Positions 1 through 10,150 are shown, counted from the stretch's first letter. The stretch is 64,000 bases of DNA from an uncultured Bacilli bacterium (GCA_934096315.1 CAKOLT010000003.1:3863-67862); one strand, 5' to 3'. Translations and numbers: made by a program. The notes: a model not told the origin generated them from the letters alone.

Positions 1-951
1 TATTAATGTATCTAAGTTTTGGGATTTTATTTCGTATATGTTTTGAGGTTTAGTTAAAACATAGCTATTTACTAGGGTATTTAATTCTTTATTTAAATTA
101 TTTATGCAATTTGATATAAATATATTGCATCTTTTTCTTAACTGATTGATATTGTTTTCTAACTCTATACTACTTGGTACAGCTAGTTCTGCAGATGCAG
201 TTGGGGTTGGGGCTCTTAGGTCGGCGACAAAGTCTGCAATAGTGAAATCTATTTCATGTCCGACAGCACTTATTGTGGGTATTTTTGATTGATATATAGC
301 ACTAGCTACTACTTCTTCGTTAAATGGCCATAAGTCTTCGATAGAACCTCCTCCACGTCCAATAATTAAGACATCAAGATCATAAGTGTTTGCTATTTTT
401 ATTTTATTAGCAATGTCTTCAGCTGCTTGGGGTCCTTGGACAAGGGCTGGAAATAATATAGTGTTACATATTTTATATCTTCTTTTAATAGTTGTTAAAA
501 TATCTCTTATAGCTGCTCCAGTGGGGGCTGTGATTATTCCTATTTTTGATGGTAACTTTGGTATAGGTCTTTTTTGGTTGAATAGTCCTTTTTTGTTTAA
601 TTCTTCTTTTAATTTTTCATAAGCTATATATAGATTGCCAAGCCCATCTTGTTCTAGATTATTTACATATATTTGGTAACTTCCTGAAGATGGATATACA
701 CTAATTCTTCCAATAACTAATACTTTCATTCCGTCAGAGGGGACAAAATTTAGTTTACTTACACTGGAAGCAAACATTACCGCATTAATTCTTGATTCTT
801 CATCTTTTAGGGTAAAATAATAATGTCCCCTTGTATGGGATTTGAAATTTGATATTTCTCCCTTTATATAAATGTTTTGTAAATGGACATCTCCATCAAA
901 CTTAAATTTTAAGTACTTATTTAAAGCACTTACTGTTATATAGTTATTCAT
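1..951 (-). CDS. xseA: Exodeoxyribonuclease VII large subunit (5' part; ORF runs off the window start)
   Basis: The ORF is open to the window edge, so it is absent from the ORF track. My own minus-strand translation from ATG 951..949 gives MNNYITVSALNKYLKFKFDGDVHLQNIYIKGEISNFKSHTRGHYYFTLKDEESRINAVMF...KIGIITAPTGAAIRDIL...LIIGRGGGSIEDLWPFNEE, the XseA OB-fold plus catalytic core. The start overlaps the nusB stop by 8 nt. Confidence 0.85.
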   Translation of the reverse strand, partial: MNNYITVSALNKYLKFKFDGDVHLQNIYIKGEISNFKSHTRGHYYFTLKDEESRINAVMFASSVSKLNFVPSDGMKVLVIGRISVYPSSGSYQIYVNNLEQDGLGNLYIAYEKLKEELNKKGLFNQKRPIPKLPSKIGIITAPTGAAIRDILTTIKRRYKICNTILFPALVQGPQAAEDIANKIKIANTYDLDVLIIGRGGGSIEDLWPFNEEVVASAIYQSKIPTISAVGHEIDFTIADFVADLRAPTPTASAELAVPSSIELENNINQLRKRCNIFISNCINNLNKELNTLVNSYVLTKPQNIYEIKSQNLDTLI

Positions 952-1375
952 TTTTCTCCTTGCTATGAAATACTTTATCTAATACCCCATTTATCATTTT
1001 TACTACTTTATCATCAGAATATTTTTTAGATAATTCTATTGCAGAATCTATACATACTAAATCTGGAGTGTCAGTATAAAGAATTTCGTAAATTGCCATT
1101 CTCAGAATTGCTCTATCTGTGTATCCTAATCTATCGATAGTCCAAGACTGCATATAATTATTTGCTATTTTATCAATTTCCTCTTTGTTGTTAACTACTC
1201 CGTTAACTATGTTATTTACAAACTTACTGTCTTCTTCTAAATGTTCGTGTATAATACTATCAACATCATATTCAATATTATTACTTTTATATAATTCTAT
1301 TTGATATAATATTGTCATTATTTTGTATCTTAATTCTTTTCTTTTTTCTTTCATTGCTTTTACTTCCTCTCTCAA
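944..1375 (-). CDS. nusB: Transcription antitermination factor NusB
   Basis: NusB-like sequence (RAILRMAIYEILYTDTPDLVCIDSAIELSKKY...MINGVLDKV). The track start at 1375 is a TTG. An ATG at 1354 preceded by GAGGAAG is the more likely start. Confidence 0.9.
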   Translation of the reverse strand: MREEVKAMKEKRKELRYKIMTILYQIELYKSNNIEYDVDSIIHEHLEEDSKFVNNIVNGVVNNKEEIDKIANNYMQSWTIDRLGYTDRAILRMAIYEILYTDTPDLVCIDSAIELSKKYSDDKVVKMINGVLDKVFHSKEKNE

Positions 1376-1448
1376 AATATCATATCATAAATTTTAAGAT
1401 TTTTAAAGTTAATTAACAATATTTTTTATTAATTTTACATATACTTAA

Positions 1449-2747
1449 TTGATAATTATGAAAAGTAAATTTATTAAGTCTACGCTAATATTGATTTTGG
1501 GAGGATTTATAACTAAAGTACTAGGGGTTGTTATTAAAATCTTTTTAACCAGGAGTATTACAACTGAAGGTATTAGTCTTTATATGCTTGTTCTTCCTAC
1601 TTTTAATTTATTTATAACTCTATGTACCTTGTCCCTTACAACATCAACTTCTAAATTGATTAGTGAAAAGAAAAGAAGAGGAAAAAATATAATTTTATCT
1701 ATTATTCCAACTTCTCTTGTTTATAATTTTGTTCTTATGTTTATAGTTATTCTTTTGGCTCCTTTTATTAGTAATGTTCTTCTTCATAATGAAAATACTT
1801 ATTATCCATTAATGGCTATATCTCTTACGTTACCATTTATATGTCTATCTGGAATTTTAAGAGGATATTTCTTTGGTAAGGAAAATATGTTTCCTCAGGT
1901 GTTATCTAATATATTAGAACAACTTGTAAGGTTATTTTTAACTATTTATTTTATTCCGAGTCTTCTTAAAGTCAGTTTAGTGTATGCTGTAACTGGGGTT
2001 GTTCTAATTAATATAGTTAGTGAACTTTCTTCTGTAATTCTTTTAATTCTGTTTATGCCTAAGAACACAAATATTAGTTTAAGTGACTTTAAAATGGATA
2101 AAGAGATACTTAAAGATGTATTAAATATATCTATTCCCACTACTGGTAGTAGATTAATCGGGGCAATTGCTTATTTCTTTGAGCCTATTATTATTACATT
2201 TATTCTTCTTAGGGTAGGATATAGTTATTCATATGTAGAAATGGAATATGGTATTATTAATGGTTATGTGTATCCACTCCTACTACTTCCTTCATTTTTT
2301 ACACTTGCTATTTCTAATGCTCTTCTTCCTGTTCTTTCTAATAGTTTTGTCAATAAGAGGTATAAGTATGCTAAGAATAAGTTAAAACAAGCTATTATAT
2401 TTAGTTTAATAATTGGAGTTCCCACTACAATATTATTTATGATGTTTCCTACATTCTTCTTAAAGTTTGTTTTTAATACTACTCTAGGAGTTAAATATAT
2501 TTTAGTAGCAGCACCTTTCTTTATTTTTCATTATATACAGTCTCCCCTTACAATTTGTCTGCAAGCTCTTGATAAATCTAATGTAGCTATGCGAGGAACA
2601 CTGTATGGGTGTATTTGCAAAATTATAATATTAGCAGGTACTTGTTATATGAAATTCGGACTTTGGAGCTTAGTTATTGCCAGTTCTGTAAATATAATGT
2701 TTGTTACATTTCATCATATTTACTATATAAAAAAGTATCTTAAATAA
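1449..2747 (+). CDS. MOP-superfamily polysaccharide/lipid II flippase, SpoVB/MurJ-like
   Basis: 432-aa polytopic membrane protein. The N-terminus, KSTLILILGGFITKVLGVVIKIFLTRSITTEGISLYMLVLPTFNLF, is typical of SpoVB/MurJ-type flippases. It is convergent with a SEDS gene. Confidence 0.7.
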   Translation: MIIMKSKFIKSTLILILGGFITKVLGVVIKIFLTRSITTEGISLYMLVLPTFNLFITLCTLSLTTSTSKLISEKKRRGKNIILSIIPTSLVYNFVLMFIVILLAPFISNVLLHNENTYYPLMAISLTLPFICLSGILRGYFFGKENMFPQVLSNILEQLVRLFLTIYFIPSLLKVSLVYAVTGVVLINIVSELSSVILLILFMPKNTNISLSDFKMDKEILKDVLNISIPTTGSRLIGAIAYFFEPIIITFILLRVGYSYSYVEMEYGIINGYVYPLLLLPSFFTLAISNALLPVLSNSFVNKRYKYAKNKLKQAIIFSLIIGVPTTILFMMFPTFFLKFVFNTTLGVKYILVAAPFFIFHYIQSPLTICLQALDKSNVAMRGTLYGCICKIIILAGTCYMKFGLWSLVIASSVNIMFVTFHHIYYIKKYLK

Positions 2748-3893
2748 TTATTTACTATTATTTTCGATACTTATTCTTGATACTAGAGCTAAAGCAAACA
2801 TAAGTGATATGCAGTAACTTCCTCCGTAGGATAAGAATGGTAGTGGTACTCCAGTTAGAGGTATAATACCCATTACTCCGGAAAGATTAATTACTATATG
2901 TAAAAATATGTATACAAATATTCCAAATGCTAAAAGAGAATTTCTAAGATTTTTAGCATTTCTTGCTATTTTAAATATTCTAAATAATAGTAGGAAGAAT
3001 AATATTATTATTACTGCTCCAACTATTAGTCCCCATTCTTCCACGATTATAGGAAATATAAAATCTGTATATGATTCAGGTAAATATAAGTATTTTTGAG
3101 TGCTTTTTCCTATTCCTTGGCCAGTTAACCCTCCATTTTTAAAGGCTATAAAACTATTACATAGTTGGTAGCCTGTTTTTTCTTTATATCTATCACAAGG
3201 GTCTTTAAAATTAAATCTATCTAATTGATAATCCCTTAGTATTGTTCCTTTAGTGACAAGCATAATTGCCCCGAAAAGGAGTAATATTAGAATTATTAAT
3301 TTTGTTATGATGTTTCTCTCCCCTTTTTTCATAGGAACACTATAAAATATTGATAGTAGTAAAACGAATACTATAAATGCAGTTCCCATATCGGGTTGAA
3401 TTGCAATTAAGAGAGTAATTATAACCCCGATTACAAGAGGAAGAATTAATATTAATTTGTTATTTAATTTATTTTTATTTTTGTCATAATATGAAGCCAT
3501 AAATATAATAAGGGTTATTTTGGCTATTTCTGATGGTTGCAGTTTTATAATACCAATATCATACCAACTTGCAGCATTATTGGCGACATGGCCATATATG
3601 ACAAGTCCAATTAATGATATAATTGTAATAATTATTAATGGCCAGGCTAGTTTCTTATAAATTTTAGTGGGAATAAATATTGTAAAGAGAAAAATTACTA
3701 ATCCTCCGACTAAAAATATTGCTTGTTTTAGAAAGTAATAATAAGGACTTGCCCCATACCTCATATATGATTCCATTGATGATGCACTTAATATCATTAT
3801 TAGTCCAAAAATAAATAATATTATGGATATTATTATGAGAGGTTTATCAACTTTTTTTAACATATTTATCACGTACCATTTCATTAATATCAT
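2748..3893 (-). CDS. SEDS-family peptidoglycan polymerase (FtsW/RodA/SpoVE)
   Basis: About 10 TM segments and the conserved C-terminal block NGGLTGQGIGKS...LPESYTDFIFPIIVEEWG...IPLTGVPLPFLSYGGS. The likely true start is the ATG at 3863 (MLKKVDKPL). Confidence 0.85.
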   Translation of the reverse strand: MILMKWYVINMLKKVDKPLIIISIILFIFGLIMILSASSMESYMRYGASPYYYFLKQAIFLVGGLVIFLFTIFIPTKIYKKLAWPLIIITIISLIGLVIYGHVANNAASWYDIGIIKLQPSEIAKITLIIFMASYYDKNKNKLNNKLILILPLVIGVIITLLIAIQPDMGTAFIVFVLLLSIFYSVPMKKGERNIITKLIILILLLFGAIMLVTKGTILRDYQLDRFNFKDPCDRYKEKTGYQLCNSFIAFKNGGLTGQGIGKSTQKYLYLPESYTDFIFPIIVEEWGLIVGAVIIILFFLLLFRIFKIARNAKNLRNSLLAFGIFVYIFLHIVINLSGVMGIIPLTGVPLPFLSYGGSYCISLMFALALVSRISIENNSK

Positions 3894-3954
3894 ATCATAA
3901 CTTATAAAATAAATAAAGATTAATATAAAAAGATAATAAAATTATTTAAAGTGT

Positions 3955-3979
3955 AAAGAAAAAAGCACGTTATGTGCTT
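3955..3979 (-). terminator. Intrinsic terminator after the KH-domain gene
   Basis: On the minus strand, AAGCAC-ATAAC-GTGCTT overlaps the stop codon and is followed by TTTTTTCTTT. Confidence 0.4.
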
Positions 3980-4226
3980 AATAAGAATCAATATTAATGT
4001 TTACTTTTTTATTTTCATTTAGTGATGCAGCAGCTTGAACTACTGTTCTTATACTTGCAATAATTTTACCATCTTTTCCTATTACCCTTCCTACATCATT
4101 ATTTGATATAAGTACTTCTAATAAAATTACATTTTCGTCATCACTTTCAAACTGTTTTACCGAAACTGTTTCAGGATCATCAACCATTTTTTTAATAATG
4201 GTTTCTGTTAACTTTACAATATCCAT
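3978..4226 (-). CDS. KH-domain RNA-binding protein (YlqC family)
   Basis: 82 aa with the KH motif VGRVIGKDGKIIASIRTVV. It sits immediately downstream of rpsP, as ylqC does in Bacillus. Confidence 0.85.
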   Translation of the reverse strand: MDIVKLTETIIKKMVDDPETVSVKQFESDDENVILLEVLISNNDVGRVIGKDGKIIASIRTVVQAAASLNENKKVNINIDSY

Positions 4227-4501
4227 TATTTCTTGCCTTGTTTACTGTTATGAAATTCTTTCATAACCCCAGCTTTACTTAAAATATTTTTAACAGTATC
4301 AGTAGGAATAGCTCCATTATTAAGCCATTTCATAGTTTTTTCATTATCAACCTTAATTTCACAAGGATTAACTAAAGGGTTATAGTATCCTAAATTTTCA
4401 ATTATTTTTCCATCTCTAGGTGAAGCTGAATCTGCTACTACTATACGGTAAAATGGTGCTTTCTTTGCTCCCATTCTTTTAAGTCTAATCTTAACTGCCA
4501 T
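4226..4501 (-). CDS. rpsP: 30S ribosomal protein S16
   Basis: [42 protein letters not shown] is the canonical S16 N-terminus. Confidence 0.95.
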   Translation of the reverse strand: MAVKIRLKRMGAKKAPFYRIVVADSASPRDGKIIENLGYYNPLVNPCEIKVDNEKTMKWLNNGAIPTDTVKNILSKAGVMKEFHNSKQGKK

Positions 4502-4526
4502 AATTCTCCTCCTTCTTCATGTCTTA

Positions 4527-4555
4527 ATTATATCATCAATATATATGTCTGTCAA
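4527..4555 (-). promoter_or_regulatory. Consensus sigma-A type promoter for rpsP
   Basis: The minus strand reads TTGACA (4555..4550), a 17-nt spacer, then TATAAT (4532..4527). This lies about 25 nt upstream of GGAGGAG and the rpsP ATG. Confidence 0.6.
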
Positions 4556-4574
4556 CCTTTTTTTGTTACAGTTG

Positions 4575-5762
4575 TTAATTATTTTGTTCGTTTTGAATAA
4601 TTGTTTCTTTCTTAATTTTAGTTATGTCTTCTTTAACACTTACAAATAGTTTTAATTTTATTACATTATCCCCTTCATTTTCTTCAGTAGTAATTATTTC
4701 TAAAACTTCTTTTATTCTATTATTTTGATTTAATAGTTTTTCCTGAGCAATCTTTTTTGCGGCTTCTACTACTTCATTTTTGGTATAGAGTTTTTCTATT
4801 ATGTTTACTTCGTATTGTTTTTCCCAAGTTAGGCTTATTGGAAGAATATTACTTTTTAAAAGTGTTTTACCGCTTTTTTGAAAGTCATTAAATTTATGGA
4901 AGTTAAATAGAGATATTCTTTTATCAAGTAAGTTTATTACTAAAGTTTTTTTTGTTTTACCAGTTAATCTTTCTTCACGATAATAATAAGGATATTCAAT
5001 ATCTATTAGATACCATACTTCACCATATATTACTCCTTTGGCTTTGGTGTATATTTTACTTCCATCAGGTTTAGTTATTATACCTGATACTATAATATCT
5101 CCGGGAGTTACATAGGAGTTTATTTCTTTAACTTTTTCTCCGCTTAAGGCTTTAATATCCATTATAATTGCATTTTTGGTGGTAGTTAAGCTTTGAAAGG
5201 ATTCGTCTTGTTTATTATTATTTAGTTTTCTTTCTTCTACTCTGATTTCATACTTTGTTCCTATTCTTTTTATTTCTAACCACTCTATCTTATCTTTATT
5301 GTCATTTATTATTTGTTTTCTTATTTTTTGTATTTGTTCGTAGGATTTTACCATAGAATATTTTTTGATATCATGTTTATACAATTCTTTATATAATAGA
5401 TTTTTAAGACTACTACTTGTGTGTATTACTTTTACTTCAAATATTACATTAGACAAAAATATTATTAATATTATTACTAATATTAGTGAAGATAAAAGGT
5501 ATATATTTTTTTTCAGGATGCTTTTTAGTTTTATTTTACCATATGTTCTTGTAACTTGAAGTTTATATATTCCTTTATGTTTACATAATTTTAAATAATC
5601 GTCATAACTTATTATTATTTCTATTTCTTGGGGAGATATATTTATTATTTTTAATATGTTTATTTTGGCTGCGATTAATTTTCTTAAATAATTATTAATG
5701 TTTTTTCCCTTAATATTTACTTTAATAGTACTTCGGAATTTATTTAAAAATGTGTTTTTCAT
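4575..5762 (-). CDS. yqfD: Sporulation protein YqfD
   Basis: 395 aa with a single central TM segment and YqfD-like architecture. It lies directly downstream of a YabP/YqfC-family gene, matching the B. subtilis yqfC-yqfD pair. Confidence 0.8.
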   Translation of the reverse strand: MKNTFLNKFRSTIKVNIKGKNINNYLRKLIAAKINILKIINISPQEIEIIISYDDYLKLCKHKGIYKLQVTRTYGKIKLKSILKKNIYLLSSLILVIILIIFLSNVIFEVKVIHTSSSLKNLLYKELYKHDIKKYSMVKSYEQIQKIRKQIINDNKDKIEWLEIKRIGTKYEIRVEERKLNNNKQDESFQSLTTTKNAIIMDIKALSGEKVKEINSYVTPGDIIVSGIITKPDGSKIYTKAKGVIYGEVWYLIDIEYPYYYREERLTGKTKKTLVINLLDKRISLFNFHKFNDFQKSGKTLLKSNILPISLTWEKQYEVNIIEKLYTKNEVVEAAKKIAQEKLLNQNNRIKEVLEIITTEENEGDNVIKLKLFVSVKEDITKIKKETIIQNEQNN

Positions 5763-5832
5763 ACTCCCATTCCCATAATAAATATATCATTATATCACCA
5801 TTAAATTGTATGAATTTTATATAGTTAATATG

Positions 5833-6069
5833 CTATGGGGATACTGATTTGATAGTGCCCTCAATTAATAATTCGTTATCTAATAATTTTGTTATGGTAA
5901 GGTTTTCTCCTTCTACTATAGTGGTTCCTTGTGGAGACTTTAGGGTTATTTCATGAGGGGAAAAATCTATTATTTCCGTATAGTTTATGATATTTACTTT
6001 GTTTTTGTAGATTGTTATTTTATATTCTTTATCATTAATAAAATCATCTATTCTATTTTTTATACTCAT
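5833..6069 (-). CDS. yqfC: YabP/YqfC-family sporulation protein
   Basis: 78 aa with the YabP-family pattern ...VNIINYTEIIDFSPHEITLKSPQGTTIVEGENLTITKL...LIEGTIKSV. Confidence 0.8.
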   Translation of the reverse strand: MSIKNRIDDFINDKEYKITIYKNKVNIINYTEIIDFSPHEITLKSPQGTTIVEGENLTITKLLDNELLIEGTIKSVSP

Positions 6070-6090
6070 ATTTTATTATATGAAAAGAGA

Positions 6091-6681
6091 TTATTTTTGG
6101 TAATCTCTTATTTTTACTCTTTTTTTAACATTATTTTTTGTAATGTGATTAGGGTGTACTCCTAATGTTTTTTTGTTTTCTAATTTTATTGAATTGTTAT
6201 CTAGTTTAGATTTAAGTTTTAATACATTATTGTAATTTTTAAGAGTTTTGTTTGCTTCAAGTATATTACTTGTAATTGTACTTCCTATTAAAGATGTAAT
6301 TAATGGTAATATTGCCATAAGCATAAATAAAGGATGTCCTGTTATTAGTAATACTGATGATATTATACCCACTATCCCAAATAGGATGTTAATGATTTTT
6401 AAGTGTGTAAAATTAGTGTGCTTATGTTTCTCTTTAAAGATAGATAATTCCTTCATAAAAGGATCGTCTTTAGATAAAGATAAAATATTATCTACTTCCT
6501 TTCTTATTAAACTATCTATGTATTTTTGGTTATTTTCGTTTTTTTCAAGTAGTTCTTCTGCAAAAACGTCTTTACTGTATTTGTTTTTTGCATATTTGTC
6601 TACGATGTAGTGATCTCCTTTATCTATTATTGATTTGACAGAACCTGTCTTTCCATAAAATGGAAATTCTATTTTTTTCAT
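6091..6681 (-). CDS. Hypothetical membrane protein
   Basis: 196-aa ORF with RBS GAGGAGGATAT before the ATG and two adjacent hydrophobic helices (ILFGIVGIISSVLLITGHPLFMLMAILPLITSLIG). I recognise no family. Confidence 0.5.
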   Translation of the reverse strand: MKKIEFPFYGKTGSVKSIIDKGDHYIVDKYAKNKYSKDVFAEELLEKNENNQKYIDSLIRKEVDNILSLSKDDPFMKELSIFKEKHKHTNFTHLKIINILFGIVGIISSVLLITGHPLFMLMAILPLITSLIGSTITSNILEANKTLKNYNNVLKLKSKLDNNSIKLENKKTLGVHPNHITKNNVKKRVKIRDYQK

Positions 6682-6695
6682 ATATCCTCCTCAAA

Positions 6696-9647
6696 CTATT
6701 TTAATTCTTCTAGTTTTACACTAACTAATTTACTAACCCCAGCTTCTTTCATTGTGATACCATATAAGGTATCAGCGAACTCCATTGTTTTCTTTTTGTG
6801 TGTTATAAGTATAAATTGTGTTTTATTTTCGTATTTTTTTAGGTATGTTCCAAAACTGTTTACATTCGCTTCGTCAAGGGCAGCTTCTATTTCATCTAGT
6901 AGACAAAATGGAACTGGTCTTACGTTTAAGATAGCAAACAATAAGGAAATAGCCGTAAATGTTTTTTCACCCCCCGATAATAGTGATATGCTTTGTAATT
7001 TTTTTCCAGGAGGTTCTGCAAATATTTCTATGCCTGTGTTTAATATGTCATCTTTATCAGTTAGGCTTAGGGTTGCTTTTCCTCCCTTAAACAACTCTTT
7101 AAATATTTTATCAAACTCTATTTTAATTTTTTCAAAAGTGTCTACAAACTTTTCTTCCATGATAGAATCTGTTTCTTTTATTAGTTTTAAAAGAGTATCT
7201 TCTGCGGATATTAAATCTTCTTTTTGGGTTGTTAGAAAGTCATATCTTTCCTTTAATTTCTCATATTCTTCAGGAGCTTTAAGGTTTAAAAATCCTAAAC
7301 TATTTAACTGTTTTTTATACTCTTCTACTAAAGTTCTTGCTTTATCCTCTTCAGTTTTTAGTTCGAAGTTGTTTATAGCACTTTCATATGTTATATTATA
7401 TGTATTTGTTAATTCTAATAGTTTATTATCTATATTTACTTCTGTACGATTTACCTTTATATTTAATTCTTGTAAAAGTTTCTGTCTTTTAGATACTATG
7501 CTTTGATTTTTATTTAAGTTTTCTTCTAATTCTTTAATATATGAATCAGTATTTTCTTTAGATAACTTTTGGACTTCCAGATTTTTATTTATTTCTATTA
7601 TTTTATTTTCTAAATCGTAATAAGTATTTAATAAATTTGTTTTTTCGTCATCCTTTTTACTTGTAGTAATAACTTCTAAATCTTTTAACTCTTTTTCTAG
7701 GTTTGTTTTTTCGTTTTGAAGTGTATTTTGTTTCTCATGACTAGCATTTATTATATCTGTAAGGTTAATTTCTTCAAGTCTATTTTCTCTAATTTCTTCT
7801 TCTAATTTCTTTTCTAAAATATTTATTTCCTTAACTTTCTCTTCTAACCTATTGATTTCTGTTGTATATATACTTTTTTTTGATAGAAAATCGTTTAAGT
7901 CTTTTTTTAGAGATAAGGGACTTATTGTTTTAATGTTAGATCCTCCGGTTAATGATCCCCCAATATTTATTTGCTGACCATCTATAGTTACTATTTTACA
8001 TTTATTGTTAATTTTAGTGCTTATTCTGGTTGCTACATCTATATTACTGGTTAAAAGTACTGTTCCTAGTAGATTAGAAACTACTTCTTTATATTTATTA
8101 TCGCATTTAACTAAGGAAGACATTATTCCAATTAATCCTTCCTCTTCTTTAATTTTACTGTATACTTCTTCAGGAATAGTTTTACCTTTTATAGTGTCAA
8201 GAGGATAAAAAGTTATTCTGCCTAAATTATTTTCTTTTAAATAATTAATAATGTGTTTAGCCTCCTCTTTAGTATCTACGATTAAATTAAATACTGTAGA
8301 AGATAATGCTGTTGTTAATGCTAGGGAATATTTATCTTCTGTTTCGATTAAATTGCCTAGGATATTATGCACATTTTTAAATTTTGGATTATTTAATACT
8401 ACTTTTACTGCTTTTGGGATGCTATCCATTGAAGTTAATTTATCCTCAAGGTAATCTATTTTGTAACTTATATCTGTTAAGTCTTTTTTCTGTTTATTTA
8501 ATTCTTCTTCTAATTTTGCTTTTTTCTTAATGTTTTCTTTAAGTTCTTTGTTAACTATACTTAGTTTATTTGTTATATTTGTTAATTTTGTATCTGTTAG
8601 TTCTCCGAGTGTTTTTTCTTTATTTATAGAAGTATTTAATTTTAATATATTTTCTTTTAATTTTGTTATATTATCTCCGATTAAAGAGTTGTCTTTATAT
8701 TTACTACGTTCTTCTAATAATCTTATATCAGCATCAATTTGTTCTTTTTTTCTAGTTATATTTAGTAATTCATTTTGCATTTCGTAAATTTTTTCTTGGG
8801 ATAATTTTACTTTATTCTTATTTTCTAAAATATTTACTTCTAAGGTTGAGTTGTTTGTATCTAGTTCTATTATTTCATCATTTAGTGTTGTTATTTCTTT
8901 ACTTTTTTCTAGTTTATCATTGTTTAGTTTTGATATATCATATGCTAAAAGAGCTACTTCAATGTTTTTTAGGTTTTCTTTTAACTCTAAATATTTTAAA
9001 GCTTTTTCACTTTCTATTTTAAGTGGTTCTATGTTGTTTTCTAATTCACTGATAATATCATTAATTCTATTAAGGTTTAAATTCGTTTTATCTAATTTAT
9101 GGATGGCTTCTTCTTTTCTTTTTTTGTACTTAACTACTTTTGCAGCTTCTTCAAATATTGCTCGGCGATCCTCTGGTTTGGTAGATAATATTTCATCAAT
9201 TTTACCTTGGGATATTATATTAAAACTTTCTTTACCTATTCCTGAATCCATAAACACATCATTAATATCTTTTAGTCTACATCTTTCGTTATTCAAATAA
9301 TATTCAGATTCTCCAGAACGATAAATAATTCTTTTTACAGATATTTCATTAAAGTTTAGAGGAAGATGGTTATCAGAATTATCAAATATTAATGTTACAG
9401 AGGCACTGTTTAGTGGTTTTCGGTCTTTACTTCCTGCAAAAATTATGTCTGCTAAATTATTTCCCCTTAAGCTTTTAATTGATTGTTCCCCAAGAACCCA
9501 TCTAACTGCATCTACTATATTACTTTTTCCGGAACCATTTGGTCCTACTATTGCATTTATCTTAGTAGACAGTTGTATATCTATTTTATCAGCAAATGAT
9601 TTAAAACCGTTTGCTTTAATTTCTTTTAAATACATCTTACTCACCAA
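6696..9647 (-). CDS. smc: Chromosome segregation protein SMC
   Basis: N-terminal Walker A (GPNGSGKSNIVDA), long K/E-rich coiled coils, a central hinge (GRITFYPLD), and a C-terminal signature motif and Walker B (LSGGEKTFTAISLLFAI...FCLLDEIEAALD). The probable start is the ATG at 9635 (MYLKEIK), which gives about 979 aa. Confidence 0.95.
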   Translation of the reverse strand: MVSKMYLKEIKANGFKSFADKIDIQLSTKINAIVGPNGSGKSNIVDAVRWVLGEQSIKSLRGNNLADIIFAGSKDRKPLNSASVTLIFDNSDNHLPLNFNEISVKRIIYRSGESEYYLNNERCRLKDINDVFMDSGIGKESFNIISQGKIDEILSTKPEDRRAIFEEAAKVVKYKKRKEEAIHKLDKTNLNLNRINDIISELENNIEPLKIESEKALKYLELKENLKNIEVALLAYDISKLNNDKLEKSKEITTLNDEIIELDTNNSTLEVNILENKNKVKLSQEKIYEMQNELLNITRKKEQIDADIRLLEERSKYKDNSLIGDNITKLKENILKLNTSINKEKTLGELTDTKLTNITNKLSIVNKELKENIKKKAKLEEELNKQKKDLTDISYKIDYLEDKLTSMDSIPKAVKVVLNNPKFKNVHNILGNLIETEDKYSLALTTALSSTVFNLIVDTKEEAKHIINYLKENNLGRITFYPLDTIKGKTIPEEVYSKIKEEEGLIGIMSSLVKCDNKYKEVVSNLLGTVLLTSNIDVATRISTKINNKCKIVTIDGQQINIGGSLTGGSNIKTISPLSLKKDLNDFLSKKSIYTTEINRLEEKVKEINILEKKLEEEIRENRLEEINLTDIINASHEKQNTLQNEKTNLEKELKDLEVITTSKKDDEKTNLLNTYYDLENKIIEINKNLEVQKLSKENTDSYIKELEENLNKNQSIVSKRQKLLQELNIKVNRTEVNIDNKLLELTNTYNITYESAINNFELKTEEDKARTLVEEYKKQLNSLGFLNLKAPEEYEKLKERYDFLTTQKEDLISAEDTLLKLIKETDSIMEEKFVDTFEKIKIEFDKIFKELFKGGKATLSLTDKDDILNTGIEIFAEPPGKKLQSISLLSGGEKTFTAISLLFAILNVRPVPFCLLDEIEAALDEANVNSFGTYLKKYENKTQFILITHKKKTMEFADTLYGITMKEAGVSKLVSVKLEELK

Positions 9648-9752
9648 CTTCTATTAAATAACTTTCCTTGTAAAGATATTATACCAGAATTTAAATTTTT
9701 AGTAAAGTTTTTTTAATAAATACATAATATTAATTGAAAGAAGGTTGATTAT

Positions 9753-10118
9753 ATGAATGGAAGTTATTATCCTAATCAAGTATTTCCTGGTAGCGGTTTA
9801 AGTGGTAACACTGTTCCAAACCAACAATCAGTTCCGAGTTATGATCAAAGTCAAGTAATGGTTAATCCTAGTAGTATGGAACAATCATATATTGAAAATA
9901 TTTTAAGACTTAATCGTGGTAAAAAAGCTAAATTTCATATTACTGTGCCTGGATCAAGCGAGTGGCAAGATAGAGTTTTTGAAGGTATTATAGAACAATC
10001 TGGAAGGGATCATATTATTGTATCAAACCCTAGTACGGGAGAATGGTATTTAATATTAATGATTTATTTAGATTTTGTAACTTTTGATGAGGCTATTAAT
10101 TTTATTAAAGATTTTTAA
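9753..10118 (+). CDS. gerQ: Spore coat protein GerQ (YwdL family)
   Basis: A Q/P/S-rich N-terminus is followed by SYIENILRLNRGKKAKF...GRDHIIVSNPSTGEWYLILMIYLDFVTFDE, which closely matches my recollection of the conserved GerQ core. Confidence 0.8.
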   Translation: MNGSYYPNQVFPGSGLSGNTVPNQQSVPSYDQSQVMVNPSSMEQSYIENILRLNRGKKAKFHITVPGSSEWQDRVFEGIIEQSGRDHIIVSNPSTGEWYLILMIYLDFVTFDEAINFIKDF

Positions 10119-10123
10119 TATAA

Positions 10124-10150
10124 AAGAATTGGAGGAATGCTCCAATTCTT
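10124..10150. terminator. Bidirectional intrinsic terminator between convergent genes
   Basis: Perfect 11-bp stem AAGAATTGGAG / CTCCAATTCTT with a 5-nt loop. T-rich runs follow on both strands. Confidence 0.6.

Noticed and set aside
6754-7506. A long antisense ORF (250 aa) opposite smc. Similar shadow ORFs lie opposite secDF (53314..53898), arcC/arcD (14707..15168), gatA/gatB (29398..29844), comEA (63172..63594) and most other genes in the track.
   Set aside because: They lie fully inside strongly supported genes on the other strand and lack RBS signals. Their low-complexity F/L/S/I-rich composition is what the complement of K/E/N-rich AT-biased codons produces. They are open-frame artefacts of the base composition.
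9648-9752. A mother-cell (sigma-E/K-like) promoter for gerQ; a CATAATAT element lies about 35 nt upstream of the ATG.
   Set aside because: I could find only a partial -10-like match and no convincing -35 at the right spacing. CATA-containing strings are frequent in this composition.
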